Below are positions 45,416-54,514 of a stretch of DNA of 58,684 bases, piece by piece. The stretch lies in contig JBJMLK010000141.1 of assembly GCA_045805345.1 (NCBI GenBank), forward strand, positions 1 to 58,684, read 5' to 3'. The notes under the pieces were generated by a model that was given only the letters and a program-made list of their open reading frames with translations, was not told the origin of the DNA and searched no databases. The DNA is from Thermoleophilaceae bacterium. Lineage in GTDB: Bacteria > Actinomycetota > Thermoleophilia > Solirubrobacterales > Thermoleophilaceae. Every line of letters starts with the position of its first letter. The first letter of the stretch is position 1. The translations under genes were made by a program, and so were the position numbers.

Positions 45416-47236
45416 GTGGCAGCGCTGGTCGCGCCGAGCGGCAACGTCGAGTGGCTGTGCCTGCCGCAGTTCGACTCGCCGAGCGTGCTCGCGGCCATCC
45501 TCGACCGCGACGCGGGCCGCTTCCGGCTCGGGCCGTCGGACGTCCAGGTGCCGGCCGCGCGCCGCTACCTACCGGGGAGCATGGTGCTCGAGACCACCTG
45601 GAAGACCCGCACCGGCTGGCTCGTGGTCCGCGACGCCCTCGCCGTGGGGCCCTGGCACCACGTGGGCGAGCGAGCACACCGCCAGAGCCGGCCGCCGTCC
45701 GACTGGGAGGCCGACCACGTGCTCGTGCGCACCGCCCGCTGCGCGCAGGGGATCGTGGAGCTCGCGCTGGAGTGCGAGCCGGCCTTCGACTACGCCCGCC
45801 AGCGCGCGAGCTGGGACTACGCGGCAGGCGACTACCACCACGCGATCGCGACGGGTGACGACCCCGAGCCGGCGCTCCAGCTCGACAGCGACCTGAATAT
45901 CGGCTTCGAGGGACCGCGCGCCACGGCGCGGACCACCCTGCGCCAGGGCGACACGGTGTTCGTCTCCCTCTCGTGGTCGGAGCACGGCGGGCCGAAGACC
46001 TTTCACGACGCCTTCGAGCGGATGGACCAGACCAACGCCTACTGGCGCGAGTGGCTGGCGCACGGCGACTTCCCCGACCACCCCTGGCGTGCGCAGCTCG
46101 AGCGCTCCGCGCTCACCCTGCGGGGCCTGGCGTACGCGCCGAGCGGCGCCATTGTCGCGGCGCCCACCACCTCGCTGCCGCGCGTGACCGGGCACGAGCG
46201 CAACTACGACTACCGCTTCAACTTCGTGCGCGACGCGGCCTTCGCGCTCTGGAACGGCTACAGCCTGGGCTTCGAGTGGGAGGCCGACGACCACTTCTAC
46301 TTCCTCGCTGAGCTGGCCCGGGACGGCGACGCGTACCTTCAGAACATCTACGGGGTCAGCGGCGAGACCGACCTCGAGGAGACGACCCTCGAGCACCTGT
46401 CGGGCTACGACAACTCGCGGCCGGTCCGCGTCGGCAACGCCGCGGCCCACTACCAGCAGCACGACATCTGGGGTGCCCTGCTCGACGCGGCCTACCTGCA
46501 CGCCAAGTCGCGCGACAAGCTGCCGGAGCGGATCTGGCCCATGGTGAAGGCACAGGCCGAGCGGGCGGCCGACTGCTGGCGCGAGCCCGACCGCGGGATC
46601 TGGGCCGCGCGCGGCGAGCCGCGTCACTACGTGTCGTCGAAGTTCATGTGCTGGGTCGCCGTCGACCGCGGGGCGCGCCTGGCCGAGCTGCGCGACGAGC
46701 CCGACCTCGCCGAGAAGTGGGACAAGGTCGCCGCCGAGATCAAAGAGGACGTCTGCACGAACGGGGTCACCGAGCGCGGCGTGTTCCGCCAGCACTACGA
46801 GACCGATGCGTTGGACGCGTCGCTGCTCCTGATGCCGCTCGTCCGCTTCCTGCCGCCGGACGACGAGCGCGTGCGCAAGACCGTCGAGGCGATCGCCGAG
46901 GAGCTGGTCGAGGATGGGCTCGTGCTGCGGATGCGCCCCGACGAGGAGGACTTCGCGGTGGAGGGCGAGACGTTCACCGTGTGCTCGTTCTGGCTCGTCT
47001 CGGCGCTTGCCGAGATCGGCGAGGTCGAGCGCGCGCGCGAGATGTGCGAGCGGCTGCTCGCCCTGGCCAGCCCGCTCGGCCTCTACGCCGAGCACCTCGA
47101 CCCGGACTCGGGTCGCCACCTCGGCAACTTCCCGCACGCCTTCACGCACCTGGCGCTCGTCAACGCGGCGCTGCACGTGATCGCAGCCGAGGGCGAGGCC
47201 GTGGCCGACCCGCGGACCGACCGCGCGACGGCCTAG
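45416..47236 (+). CDS. Glycoside hydrolase family 15 (glucoamylase/trehalase-like); true 5' end unresolved
   Basis: Blocks ALVAPSGNVEWLCLPQFDSPSVLAAILD, PTTSLPR and a (alpha/alpha)6 C-terminal domain. The conserved N-terminal residues FPPIADFAFLSDGE lie in frame upstream of the first canonical start (GTG 45416). Confidence 0.85.
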   Translation: MAALVAPSGNVEWLCLPQFDSPSVLAAILDRDAGRFRLGPSDVQVPAARRYLPGSMVLETTWKTRTGWLVVRDALAVGPWHHVGERAHRQSRPPSDWEADHVLVRTARCAQGIVELALECEPAFDYARQRASWDYAAGDYHHAIATGDDPEPALQLDSDLNIGFEGPRATARTTLRQGDTVFVSLSWSEHGGPKTFHDAFERMDQTNAYWREWLAHGDFPDHPWRAQLERSALTLRGLAYAPSGAIVAAPTTSLPRVTGHERNYDYRFNFVRDAAFALWNGYSLGFEWEADDHFYFLAELARDGDAYLQNIYGVSGETDLEETTLEHLSGYDNSRPVRVGNAAAHYQQHDIWGALLDAAYLHAKSRDKLPERIWPMVKAQAERAADCWREPDRGIWAARGEPRHYVSSKFMCWVAVDRGARLAELRDEPDLAEKWDKVAAEIKEDVCTNGVTERGVFRQHYETDALDASLLLMPLVRFLPPDDERVRKTVEAIAEELVEDGLVLRMRPDEEDFAVEGETFTVCSFWLVSALAEIGEVERAREMCERLLALASPLGLYAEHLDPDSGRHLGNFPHAFTHLALVNAALHVIAAEGEAVADPRTDRATA

Positions 47237-47847
47237 GCGGGCGCCGGCGCGTAGTAAGGGTTCTCGCCCGAGGTGTGATCGGTCACGTCGACCACGCGCG
47301 CCACCTCGGGGACCGCCGCGACGATCGCCGACTCGATCCCCTGGTCGAGCGTCACGCCCGCCATCCCGCAGCCCTGGCAGCCGCCGCCGAGCCGCACGTA
47401 CGCCGTGTCGCCCTCGACGCCCACCAGCTGCGCCATGCCGCCGTGCATGGCGATCGCCGGGTTGATGTGCCGGTCGAGCACCTGCGCCACGCGCTCCGCC
47501 ACGTCGCCCTCCAGGCCCTCGGCGGGCGGCGGCTCGACCACAGGGCTCGGCTTGTTCGGGTTGCTCACCACGAGCCCGCCGCGCATCAGGTCGTCCGACC
47601 AGTCGATGGTCGCGCCGCGCACGGCCTCCACGTCGCTCGCCGGCACCACCACGGGCAGGTCGCCCGCGCGCTCGACCACGTCGTCCGCCACCGCGGCCGC
47701 CAGCGGCTTGAGCGAGAGGTCGTAGGTGAACTCGCCGCGATGCACGCCGGTCACCTCGACCCACATCGCCTGTGAGCCGGGCTCCTCGACGCGCGCGCGG
47801 AACTCGCGCACCTTCTCGATCGCACTCGGTGTCAGCTCGATCAACAT
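47233..47847 (-). CDS. NfuA-like Fe-S carrier (degenerate A-type domain + Nfu CxxC domain)
   Basis: Start at MLIELTPSAIEKV. The N-terminal HesB/IscA-like fold lacks cluster cysteines. The C-terminal Nfu block is INPAIAMHGGMAQLVGVEGDTAYVRLGGGCQGCGMA. Confidence 0.85.
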   Translation of the reverse strand: MLIELTPSAIEKVREFRARVEEPGSQAMWVEVTGVHRGEFTYDLSLKPLAAAVADDVVERAGDLPVVVPASDVEAVRGATIDWSDDLMRGGLVVSNPNKPSPVVEPPPAEGLEGDVAERVAQVLDRHINPAIAMHGGMAQLVGVEGDTAYVRLGGGCQGCGMAGVTLDQGIESAIVAAVPEVARVVDVTDHTSGENPYYAPAPA

Positions 47848-47866
47848 CGCCACCAAGGGTAGGGAG

Positions 47867-48466
47867 TCAGGGAGCGCGCCAGACGAACACGTCGCCATCG
47901 GCCTCCCCGTGGAGGCCGAGTGCCTCGATCGCCTTCGTCACGCCGGGGTACTCCGGGTTCTCGTAGTCGTGGAAGGCGACGATCGCCCCGCCGGCCAGGG
48001 CGGGCCGCCACGCCTCGAAGGTCGCGATCGTCAGGTCGCGGTCGTGCGAGCCGTCGACGAACAGCATGTCCGGTCGCCACGGGCGCTCGCCGGGACCCTG
48101 CTCGCCGCCGGCCTGGACGACCTCGAGGCGTGCCGTGACGCCCGCGCCCGCGAGTGCGAGGTAGCGGTCGCGCTGCGGCCACACGCGCGGGTCGAAGCTG
48201 AGGACGTGCCGCTCGCGGTCGGCCAGCAGGAGCGCGGCGGTCGTCCACGCGGTGCCGGTGCCCACCTCCACCACGCGCTTGCGGCCGCGCGCGAGGCGCA
48301 GGATCCGCGCGAGCGACTCGGGCCCGGTCGCCGAGCGCAGCGACCACTCGTCGCCCTCGCGCGCCGCCAGTCGGCGCGCGCGCGAGTAGAAGCGCGCCAC
48401 GCGCGGCGGCAGCCTGAGGAGGACCGCGTTCCGCCGGACTCGCGCCGTGACTAGTCTGCTGCGCAT
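47867..48466 (-). CDS. Class I SAM-dependent methyltransferase (Methyltransf_24-like)
   Basis: Motifs VVEVGTGTAWTT (motif I) and MLFVDGSHD. The start is uncertain (ATG 48466, GTG 48400 or 48529). Any of these overlaps or abuts the divergent rnd start. Confidence 0.65.
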   Translation of the reverse strand: MRSRLVTARVRRNAVLLRLPPRVARFYSRARRLAAREGDEWSLRSATGPESLARILRLARGRKRVVEVGTGTAWTTAALLLADRERHVLSFDPRVWPQRDRYLALAGAGVTARLEVVQAGGEQGPGERPWRPDMLFVDGSHDRDLTIATFEAWRPALAGGAIVAFHDYENPEYPGVTKAIEALGLHGEADGDVFVWRAP

Positions 48467-49649
48467 CGCGGGAGACGCTAGAGAAATCGCCGAGCGCGCC
48501 CGCGTCGACGGACGCATCGCGCTCGACACCGAGTTCGTCTCAGAGGGCCGCTACCGGCCGCTCCTGTGCCTCGTCCAGGTGGCCGTGCAGGCGCGCGGCA
48601 GCGGGGGCAAGGCGGACGTCGTGGTGCTGGACCCGATCGAGGGCTTCGACCACGGGCCGCTAGCCGACGTCGTGGCCGATCCCGAGATCGACGTGGTCCT
48701 CCACGCCGGCGCGCAGGACGTGGCGATCCTGCGCCGCGCCTGGGGGATCGCGCCGTCGCGGCTGTTCGACACGCAGATCGCCGCCGGGTTCGCGGGCTTC
48801 AGCGCGCAGGCCGGCTACGGCAACCTGCTGTCGCGTGTGACCGGGGTGCGGCTCAACAAGTCGGCTGGCTTCACGCGCTGGGATCGCCGCCCGCTCACGC
48901 CCGAGCAGGTGGACTACGCGCGCAGCGACGTGGAGGACCTTCTCACGCTGGCCGACACCCTCGAGGAGCGGCTGAGCGCGGCCGGCCGGCTCGGCTGGGC
49001 GCGCGAGGAGTGCCGCCGGCTCGAGGCGATCTCGGACGAGCGCGACCCCGACGAGGCCTGGCGGCGGCTGCCGCGTGTCGCTCAGCTGCGGCCGCGCGGG
49101 CGCGCGGTGGCGAGCGCGCTGGCCGCGTGGCGCGAGCGCACTGCCGCCGAGGAGGATCGCCCGCTCGGCTCGATCCTCAGCGACGTGGCCCTGATCGAGG
49201 TGGCCCGCCGCCAGCCGAAGTCGATCGCGGACCTCCAGGCGATCCGTGGCGTGCGCCCGGACCTCGGCCGGCGCCGCGGCGCGGCTGTGCTCGAGGTGAT
49301 CGAGCGCGGCCGCGAGCAGCCGCCGCCCGAGCTCGAGGAGTGGACGCGCTCCGACCCGGAGCCGCAGGACGCCCCGCGGATCGCGCTCTGCGAGGCGCTC
49401 GTGCGCCACCGCGTGCTGGAGGCCGGGCTGGCGTACGAGCTCGTCGCCTCGCGCGCGGATCTGACCGCCATCGCCGTCGCGGCGCGCGAGGGCGCCGACG
49501 AGCCGGACGTGCGCACGCTGGGGGGGTGGCGGCGCGACCTCGTGGGGGCGGAGCTGCTGGAGCTGCTCGCGGGGCGGGTGTCGCTGCGGGTGGCTCCCGA
49601 CGGTGGGGTCGCGGTCGCCGAGGCGTCCCGCGCCGCCGGGCCCGGCTGA
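48447..49649 (+). CDS. rnd: Ribonuclease D (DEDD 3'-5' exonuclease + HRDC)
   Basis: Exo motifs IALDTEF, VLHAGAQDVAIL and YARSDVEDL, followed by an HRDC-like region. Confidence 0.9.
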   Translation: MTSLLRIAGDAREIAERARVDGRIALDTEFVSEGRYRPLLCLVQVAVQARGSGGKADVVVLDPIEGFDHGPLADVVADPEIDVVLHAGAQDVAILRRAWGIAPSRLFDTQIAAGFAGFSAQAGYGNLLSRVTGVRLNKSAGFTRWDRRPLTPEQVDYARSDVEDLLTLADTLEERLSAAGRLGWAREECRRLEAISDERDPDEAWRRLPRVAQLRPRGRAVASALAAWRERTAAEEDRPLGSILSDVALIEVARRQPKSIADLQAIRGVRPDLGRRRGAAVLEVIERGREQPPPELEEWTRSDPEPQDAPRIALCEALVRHRVLEAGLAYELVASRADLTAIAVAAREGADEPDVRTLGGWRRDLVGAELLELLAGRVSLRVAPDGGVAVAEASRAAGPG

Positions 49650-49701
49650 CCGGCGCCGGCTCGCTGGCTATGTACGGGTGCTCGGGCGGTGTCTCCAAGA
49701 C

Positions 49702-49745
49702 GAGGGTCCATTTCCAACGGCTATAGCCACTAGAAAAGGACCCTC
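49702..49745. other. AT-rich hairpin GAGGGTCC-N28-GGACCCTC enclosing the perfect palindrome GGCTATAGCC
   Basis: Read from the sequence in the 111-nt gap between convergent rnd and the M16 peptidase gene. The inner palindrome is at 49719..49728. A second small hairpin CCGCC-GTG-GGCGG lies at 49748..49760. Confidence 0.4.
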
Positions 49746-49760
49746 ATCCGCCGTGGGCGG

Positions 49761-51008
49761 CTACTCGAAGTCGTCCGCCGTGTGCGGGCCCACGCACGCG
49801 ACCGTCGGCGGGCCCTGGATGCGGGCGGCCACCTCGCGGACGTCGTCCTCGGTCACGGCGTCGAGCGCCGCGATCGCGTCGTCGGGCGAGCGCAGCTCGC
49901 CGAAGGTGACCTTCTCGCGGGCGGCGCGGCTGGCCACGGCGCCGGTGCTCTCGAGCATCAGCACGGCCGAGCCGGCGGCGTACGCGCGGGCGCGCTCCAC
50001 CTCGCCGTCGTGCGGTCCGTTGGCGGCCAGGTCGGCGACGATCTCGCGGATCCGCGCGTAGGCCTCGGGGCACTTCGACGAGTCGAGGCCGGAGGAGACG
50101 TCGAGCCGGGGCGCGTCGGCGTGCGCGGTGCCATACGAGCGGATCGCGTAGCAGAGGCCGCGCTGCTCGCGGATCTCGTCGAACAGGCGCGAGCCCATCG
50201 AGCCGCCGAGGAGGGTCGAGGTCACGCTGAGCGCCGCGCGCTGGCGGACGTCGGCCGGGTCGATATCCGGACGCCAGTGGAGCCGCAGGTGCGACTGCTC
50301 GGTGTCGCGCTCCTCGACCATCACGCGGCGCTCGAACCCCGGCGCCGGCTCCACCCCGTTGCCCCCGCCGGCCGCCGGGAAGCGCTCGAACGCCTCCGCC
50401 AGGCCGCCGACGTCGACCTTCGACAGGTCCCCGGCCAGGAACGCGCCGCCGCGCTCCGGCGCCCACTGGCGCTCGCGGAAGGCGAGTATTCCCTCGCGCG
50501 GGAAGCTGCGCAGGTGCTCCGCCGGACCGAGCACGCTGCGGCCGAGCGGGTGGTCGCCGTAGCTCGCGCGGTCGATCAGGTGGTCGGCCACGGTCGACGG
50601 CACGTCGTTGGCGCGCGCGATCTCCTGGACCACGACGCCGCGCTCGCGGTCGAGCTCCTCGGCGTCCACGCGCGCACGGGCCACGAAGTCGGTGAGCAGG
50701 TCGACGGCGTCCATCGCCGCCTCGGCGCGGCAGGTGATGTGGAACGCCACGAGGTCGTGCGAGGTGTAGGCGTTGAGCTGGGCGCCGAGCCGCTCGGCGG
50801 TCTCGTTCACGTCGCGGTAGGTGGGGTACTTCTCGCCGCCCTTGAAGACCAGGTGCTCCAGGAAGTGCGCCATGCCGTTCTCGTCGGCGTGCTCGGTGCG
50901 GGCCCCGGCGTCGAACGCCACGAGTGCCGTGACCGCTCGCGTGCCCGGCATGCCGAAACGAACGAGCGGCAGACGGTTTTCGAGCGTAGTGCTGTCGAGC
51001 TCCACCAT
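49761..51008 (-). CDS. M16 (pitrilysin/insulinase) family zinc peptidase
   Basis: Inverted zinc motif GMAHFLEHLVFKG (HxxEH). The start is ATG 51008 (MVELDSTTLENRL) or ATG 51032. Confidence 0.85.
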   Translation of the reverse strand: MVELDSTTLENRLPLVRFGMPGTRAVTALVAFDAGARTEHADENGMAHFLEHLVFKGGEKYPTYRDVNETAERLGAQLNAYTSHDLVAFHITCRAEAAMDAVDLLTDFVARARVDAEELDRERGVVVQEIARANDVPSTVADHLIDRASYGDHPLGRSVLGPAEHLRSFPREGILAFRERQWAPERGGAFLAGDLSKVDVGGLAEAFERFPAAGGGNGVEPAPGFERRVMVEERDTEQSHLRLHWRPDIDPADVRQRAALSVTSTLLGGSMGSRLFDEIREQRGLCYAIRSYGTAHADAPRLDVSSGLDSSKCPEAYARIREIVADLAANGPHDGEVERARAYAAGSAVLMLESTGAVASRAAREKVTFGELRSPDDAIAALDAVTEDDVREVAARIQGPPTVACVGPHTADDFE

Positions 51009-52251
51009 GCTAGCCAGCGTAGCGGGCGCCATCGCGGCGCTTGCGGCGGCTGCCGGGCTGGCGGCGGCGACGCCCCAGCGCGCCGCCGCCGCGCAGGGGA
51101 TGGAGGTGACGCTCGCCGACGATGCGGTGTTCCTCTACCGCGGCTACTACGACCGGGGACACGCGTTCAGGCAGGCGCTGCCGCTGGCCACCACCCGCCT
51201 CCACGTGATGCTCCCGTGGACCTACGCGCTGCGCCACAAGCAGTCGAAGAAGCGCCACAGGCCCGAGCACCTCGTCTACTACCTGCACCGCTGGGACAAC
51301 CTCATCGACGCCGCGGCCAAGCGCGGGATCCGCGTCGAGCTCGTGCTCGCCGGCAAGGCGCCCGCGTTCGCCACCTCGAACCACAAGATCGGGCGCAAGC
51401 GGCCCGACGCGCACGAGTACGGCAGGTTCGTGCGCGCGATGGCCGCCCACTTCAAGGGGCGCGTGGACCGCTACTCGATCTGGAACGAGCCGAACTACGT
51501 GTCGTGGCTCAAGCCGATGGACGAGGCGCCCGGCATCTACCGGAAGCTCTACCTGGCGGGCTACAAGGCGGTCAAGCGCGCCGACCCGAGCGCCAAGGTG
51601 CTGATCGGCGAGACCTCACCACGCGACTCGAAGGGCAGGTCGCTGTCGCCGCTGTCGTTCCTGCGCCGCATGGCGTGCGTCGACCACAACTACGTGCGCG
51701 TGCGCCACTGCCCGGTACTGCACGCCGACGGCTACGCCCAGCACCCGTACGACTTCGAGGCGCCCCCGAGTGAGCACCACGCCGACGCCGACGACGTCAC
51801 GATCGGCACGCTCGACCACCTGACGGGTGCGCTCGAAAGGCTGCGCAACGCCGGTGCGCTGGTCGCGCCGAACGGCGATCACATGGGCGTCTACCTCAGC
51901 GAGTTCGGCTACTTCGTCACGGGACGGCGCAAGATCCCCGAGAAGCAGGCGGCGCAGTGGCTGCCGGAGGCGTTCGACATCGCCCTGCGCAATCCGTACG
52001 TGCGCGAGATGACCCAGTACGGGCTGGTCACGCCGCCCAAGCACTACCCGAGTGCGTACTTCAACCTCGGCATCGTCACGTTGAAGGGCCACCGGCGAAA
52101 GCCGTACAGAACGCTGGCCAAGTGGGCCGGGCACGCGGTGCGCGACGGCCGGGTTCCACCACCGCGCGGGCCGATCGAGCTGCCGAAGGCTCGGCCCAGC
52201 GGGGATTCGCCCGGCGCGGGCCACGGCGCCCACCCGTCGCCCGGACGCTGA
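51007..52251 (+). CDS. Putative secreted clan GH-A-like glycosyl hydrolase (family not recognised)
   Basis: Blocks YSIWNEPNYVSW (NEP acid/base-like) and VLIGETSPR (nucleophile-like). The start is ambiguous: ATG 50950 (RR-containing signal), ATG 51007, or ATG 51100 (no signal peptide). Confidence 0.55.
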   Translation: MLASVAGAIAALAAAAGLAAATPQRAAAAQGMEVTLADDAVFLYRGYYDRGHAFRQALPLATTRLHVMLPWTYALRHKQSKKRHRPEHLVYYLHRWDNLIDAAAKRGIRVELVLAGKAPAFATSNHKIGRKRPDAHEYGRFVRAMAAHFKGRVDRYSIWNEPNYVSWLKPMDEAPGIYRKLYLAGYKAVKRADPSAKVLIGETSPRDSKGRSLSPLSFLRRMACVDHNYVRVRHCPVLHADGYAQHPYDFEAPPSEHHADADDVTIGTLDHLTGALERLRNAGALVAPNGDHMGVYLSEFGYFVTGRRKIPEKQAAQWLPEAFDIALRNPYVREMTQYGLVTPPKHYPSAYFNLGIVTLKGHRRKPYRTLAKWAGHAVRDGRVPPPRGPIELPKARPSGDSPGAGHGAHPSPGR

Positions 52252-52282
52252 ACCCGTGCCAAGATGCCGGGGCGAGGAGGCC

Positions 52283-54070
52283 ATGGCCCGTCGAACGTCG
52301 ATCGTCATCGCACTGGTGCTCGCCACCGCCGGCGCGTCGCCCGGGGCTGCCGCCACGCCGATCCCCGAGGGACCCGACGGCGGTCCGCCGCCGCCCCTGA
52401 TCGGCAAGCCGGCGGTGCAGCGGCCCGTGTCCGCACCACGCGTGCCGCGCCACCCGTTCATGGCCCCGAACGACCGCAGCAACCTCCACAACGACGCGTT
52501 CCAGACCGACGCCAACCGCGGCCCCGGGCCGCTCGGCCGCGGGATGCGCCGCGCGTCGACCTTCTTCGCCAACGACTGCGCGTCGATCACCTTCGACAGC
52601 CGTGGGCGCCTGGTCACGATCTGCGTCGGCGTCGCCAGGCCGACGCTGTACATGCTCGACCCGAAGACGCTCGACACCCTGGCGTCGATGCCGCTGCCCA
52701 ACCGCGAGATGCCGAGCCCCGACTTCTTCCACGACTTCTCGGGCGGCGGCTACTTCTACCTCGACAATCGCGACCGCGCGGTGATGCTCACCAACGACCG
52801 CCACCTCTACGTGGTTCGCGAGACGCCCGGCCCCGGCTTCGCGATCGAGCGCAACTACGACCTGAACGGCGTGATCGGGCTGACCGACAAGCCGTTCTCA
52901 GCGCTGCCCGACTGGAGCGGCCGCTACTGGTTCGTGACCACCAAGGGCACGGTGGGGACCGTCGACCGCGCCAGCGGAAAGGTCGCGTCCATCAAGTTGC
53001 CGAACGGAGAGGGGATCCAGAACTCGTTCTCCGTCGACGCCGACGGCGGCGTCTACCTCGTCTCCAACCTCGCGCTCTACCGCCTCGACGCCGGTCCGGG
53101 CGGGCGGCCCAGGATCACCTGGCGCGCGGTCTACCCCAACAGCGGGATCCACAAGCCGGGCCAGGCCGACGCCAGCTCGGGCACGACGCCGACGATCATG
53201 CGCGGCGGCCTGGTGGCGATCACCGACAACGCCGATCCGACGCACATCGTCGTGTACAAGAAGGCGCGCAAGGTGGCGGGCAGCCGAGTGGTCTGCCGGC
53301 ACCCGATCTTCAGGAAGGGCGCGAGCGCCACCGACCAGTCGCTGAACGTGGCGGGGCGCGCGATCGTGGCCGAGAACAACTACGGCTACAGCGGGCCGGA
53401 CGCCACCGAGCAGGGGGCGTCGACCGCGCCGGGCCTCGAGCGCATCGACCTCGACCGCGATGGGACCGGCTGCCACCACGTGTGGACGAGCAAGGAGATC
53501 GCGCCGACCGTCGTGCCCAAGATCTCGCTCCCGAACGGCCTCGTCTACACCTACACCAAGCCGCCGCGCGACGACGGGTCCGACTACTGGTACCTCACCG
53601 CCCTCGACTTCCGCACCGGCCGGACCGTGTACAGCTTCCGCGCGGGCGAGGGGCTCGGCTACAACAACAACTACGCGCCGATCACGATCGGGCCCGACAA
53701 TGGCGCCGTCTACATAGGCGTTCTCGGCGGGATGGCGATGCTGCGCGACTCGGTGCCGCCGCCGCGGCACCCGCCGCGCGCCAGGCCGAAGGCCAAGCCG
53801 CGGCTGTTCCTCGGCGTGCGCTGGCGGCGGCCGTGCGCGTTCGGCCACATGAGCTCGCGGATCCGCGGCAAGGACTCGCCGAAGGTCCTGTCGGCCGCTT
53901 GGTACGTCGGCACGAGGCGCGTGGCGAGCGACTTCGACCCGCCCTACCGGCAGCGGATCAGGCTGGCGCGCGGCAGGCACGACCGGAGCTACACGATCCG
54001 TGCGCGCGTCCGGCTCGTCGACGGCCGCGCAAAGACGGTCCACCGTAAGGTGCTCGTGTGCGCGAAATGA
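52283..54070 (+). CDS. Secreted hypothetical protein (beta-propeller-like) with C-terminal Ig-like module
   Basis: The ATG at 52283 is preceded by GAGGAGG. Signal peptide MARRTSIVIALVLATAGASPGAAA. I recognised no family. Confidence 0.7.
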   Translation: MARRTSIVIALVLATAGASPGAAATPIPEGPDGGPPPPLIGKPAVQRPVSAPRVPRHPFMAPNDRSNLHNDAFQTDANRGPGPLGRGMRRASTFFANDCASITFDSRGRLVTICVGVARPTLYMLDPKTLDTLASMPLPNREMPSPDFFHDFSGGGYFYLDNRDRAVMLTNDRHLYVVRETPGPGFAIERNYDLNGVIGLTDKPFSALPDWSGRYWFVTTKGTVGTVDRASGKVASIKLPNGEGIQNSFSVDADGGVYLVSNLALYRLDAGPGGRPRITWRAVYPNSGIHKPGQADASSGTTPTIMRGGLVAITDNADPTHIVVYKKARKVAGSRVVCRHPIFRKGASATDQSLNVAGRAIVAENNYGYSGPDATEQGASTAPGLERIDLDRDGTGCHHVWTSKEIAPTVVPKISLPNGLVYTYTKPPRDDGSDYWYLTALDFRTGRTVYSFRAGEGLGYNNNYAPITIGPDNGAVYIGVLGGMAMLRDSVPPPRHPPRARPKAKPRLFLGVRWRRPCAFGHMSSRIRGKDSPKVLSAAWYVGTRRVASDFDPPYRQRIRLARGRHDRSYTIRARVRLVDGRAKTVHRKVLVCAK

Positions 54071-54510
54071 GTCACGAGGCGGTGTACGTGTACCGGCGCC
54101 GGCGCGCGGTGGCGATCGGCGGCGCCGTGCTTCTGATCCTGCTCATCGTGGTGATCTCCGCGAGCGGCGGCGGCGACAGCTCGCAGACCACGACGACGCC
54201 CGCGACCTCCGCTCCGGCGACGGACACCGGCGTTCCGCCGGCCATCGTCAAGCAGAAGGGGAAGAAGGGCGAGGGCGACGGCACCGGCGGCTCGGGTTCG
54301 GGCGCGGCCGGCGGCGGCTCGGCGCCGGTCACCGGCAGCCCAGGCGTCGGCGGCGGCGTGCCGTCGGCCGGCGGCGGGACCGGCGCGCCGTCCGGGAGTC
54401 CTGGCACGTCGAGCGGCAGCAGCGGCGCGCCGACCGGGCAGGACTCGAGCTCCGGCGGCGCCTCGGCGCCGAGCCCGCAGAGCCCGACGGGCGGCAGCGG
54501 GCCGCCCTAG
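54067..54510 (+). CDS. Membrane-anchored Gly/Ser/Pro/Thr-rich low-complexity protein
   Basis: The ATG at 54067 overlaps the upstream stop (ATGA). It has a basic stretch YRRRR, one transmembrane helix AVAIGGAVLLILLIVVISA, and then about 110 aa of G/S/P/T-rich sequence. Confidence 0.55.
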   Translation: MSHEAVYVYRRRRAVAIGGAVLLILLIVVISASGGGDSSQTTTTPATSAPATDTGVPPAIVKQKGKKGEGDGTGGSGSGAAGGGSAPVTGSPGVGGGVPSAGGGTGAPSGSPGTSSGSSGAPTGQDSSSGGASAPSPQSPTGGSGPP

Positions 54511-54514
54511 GCGC

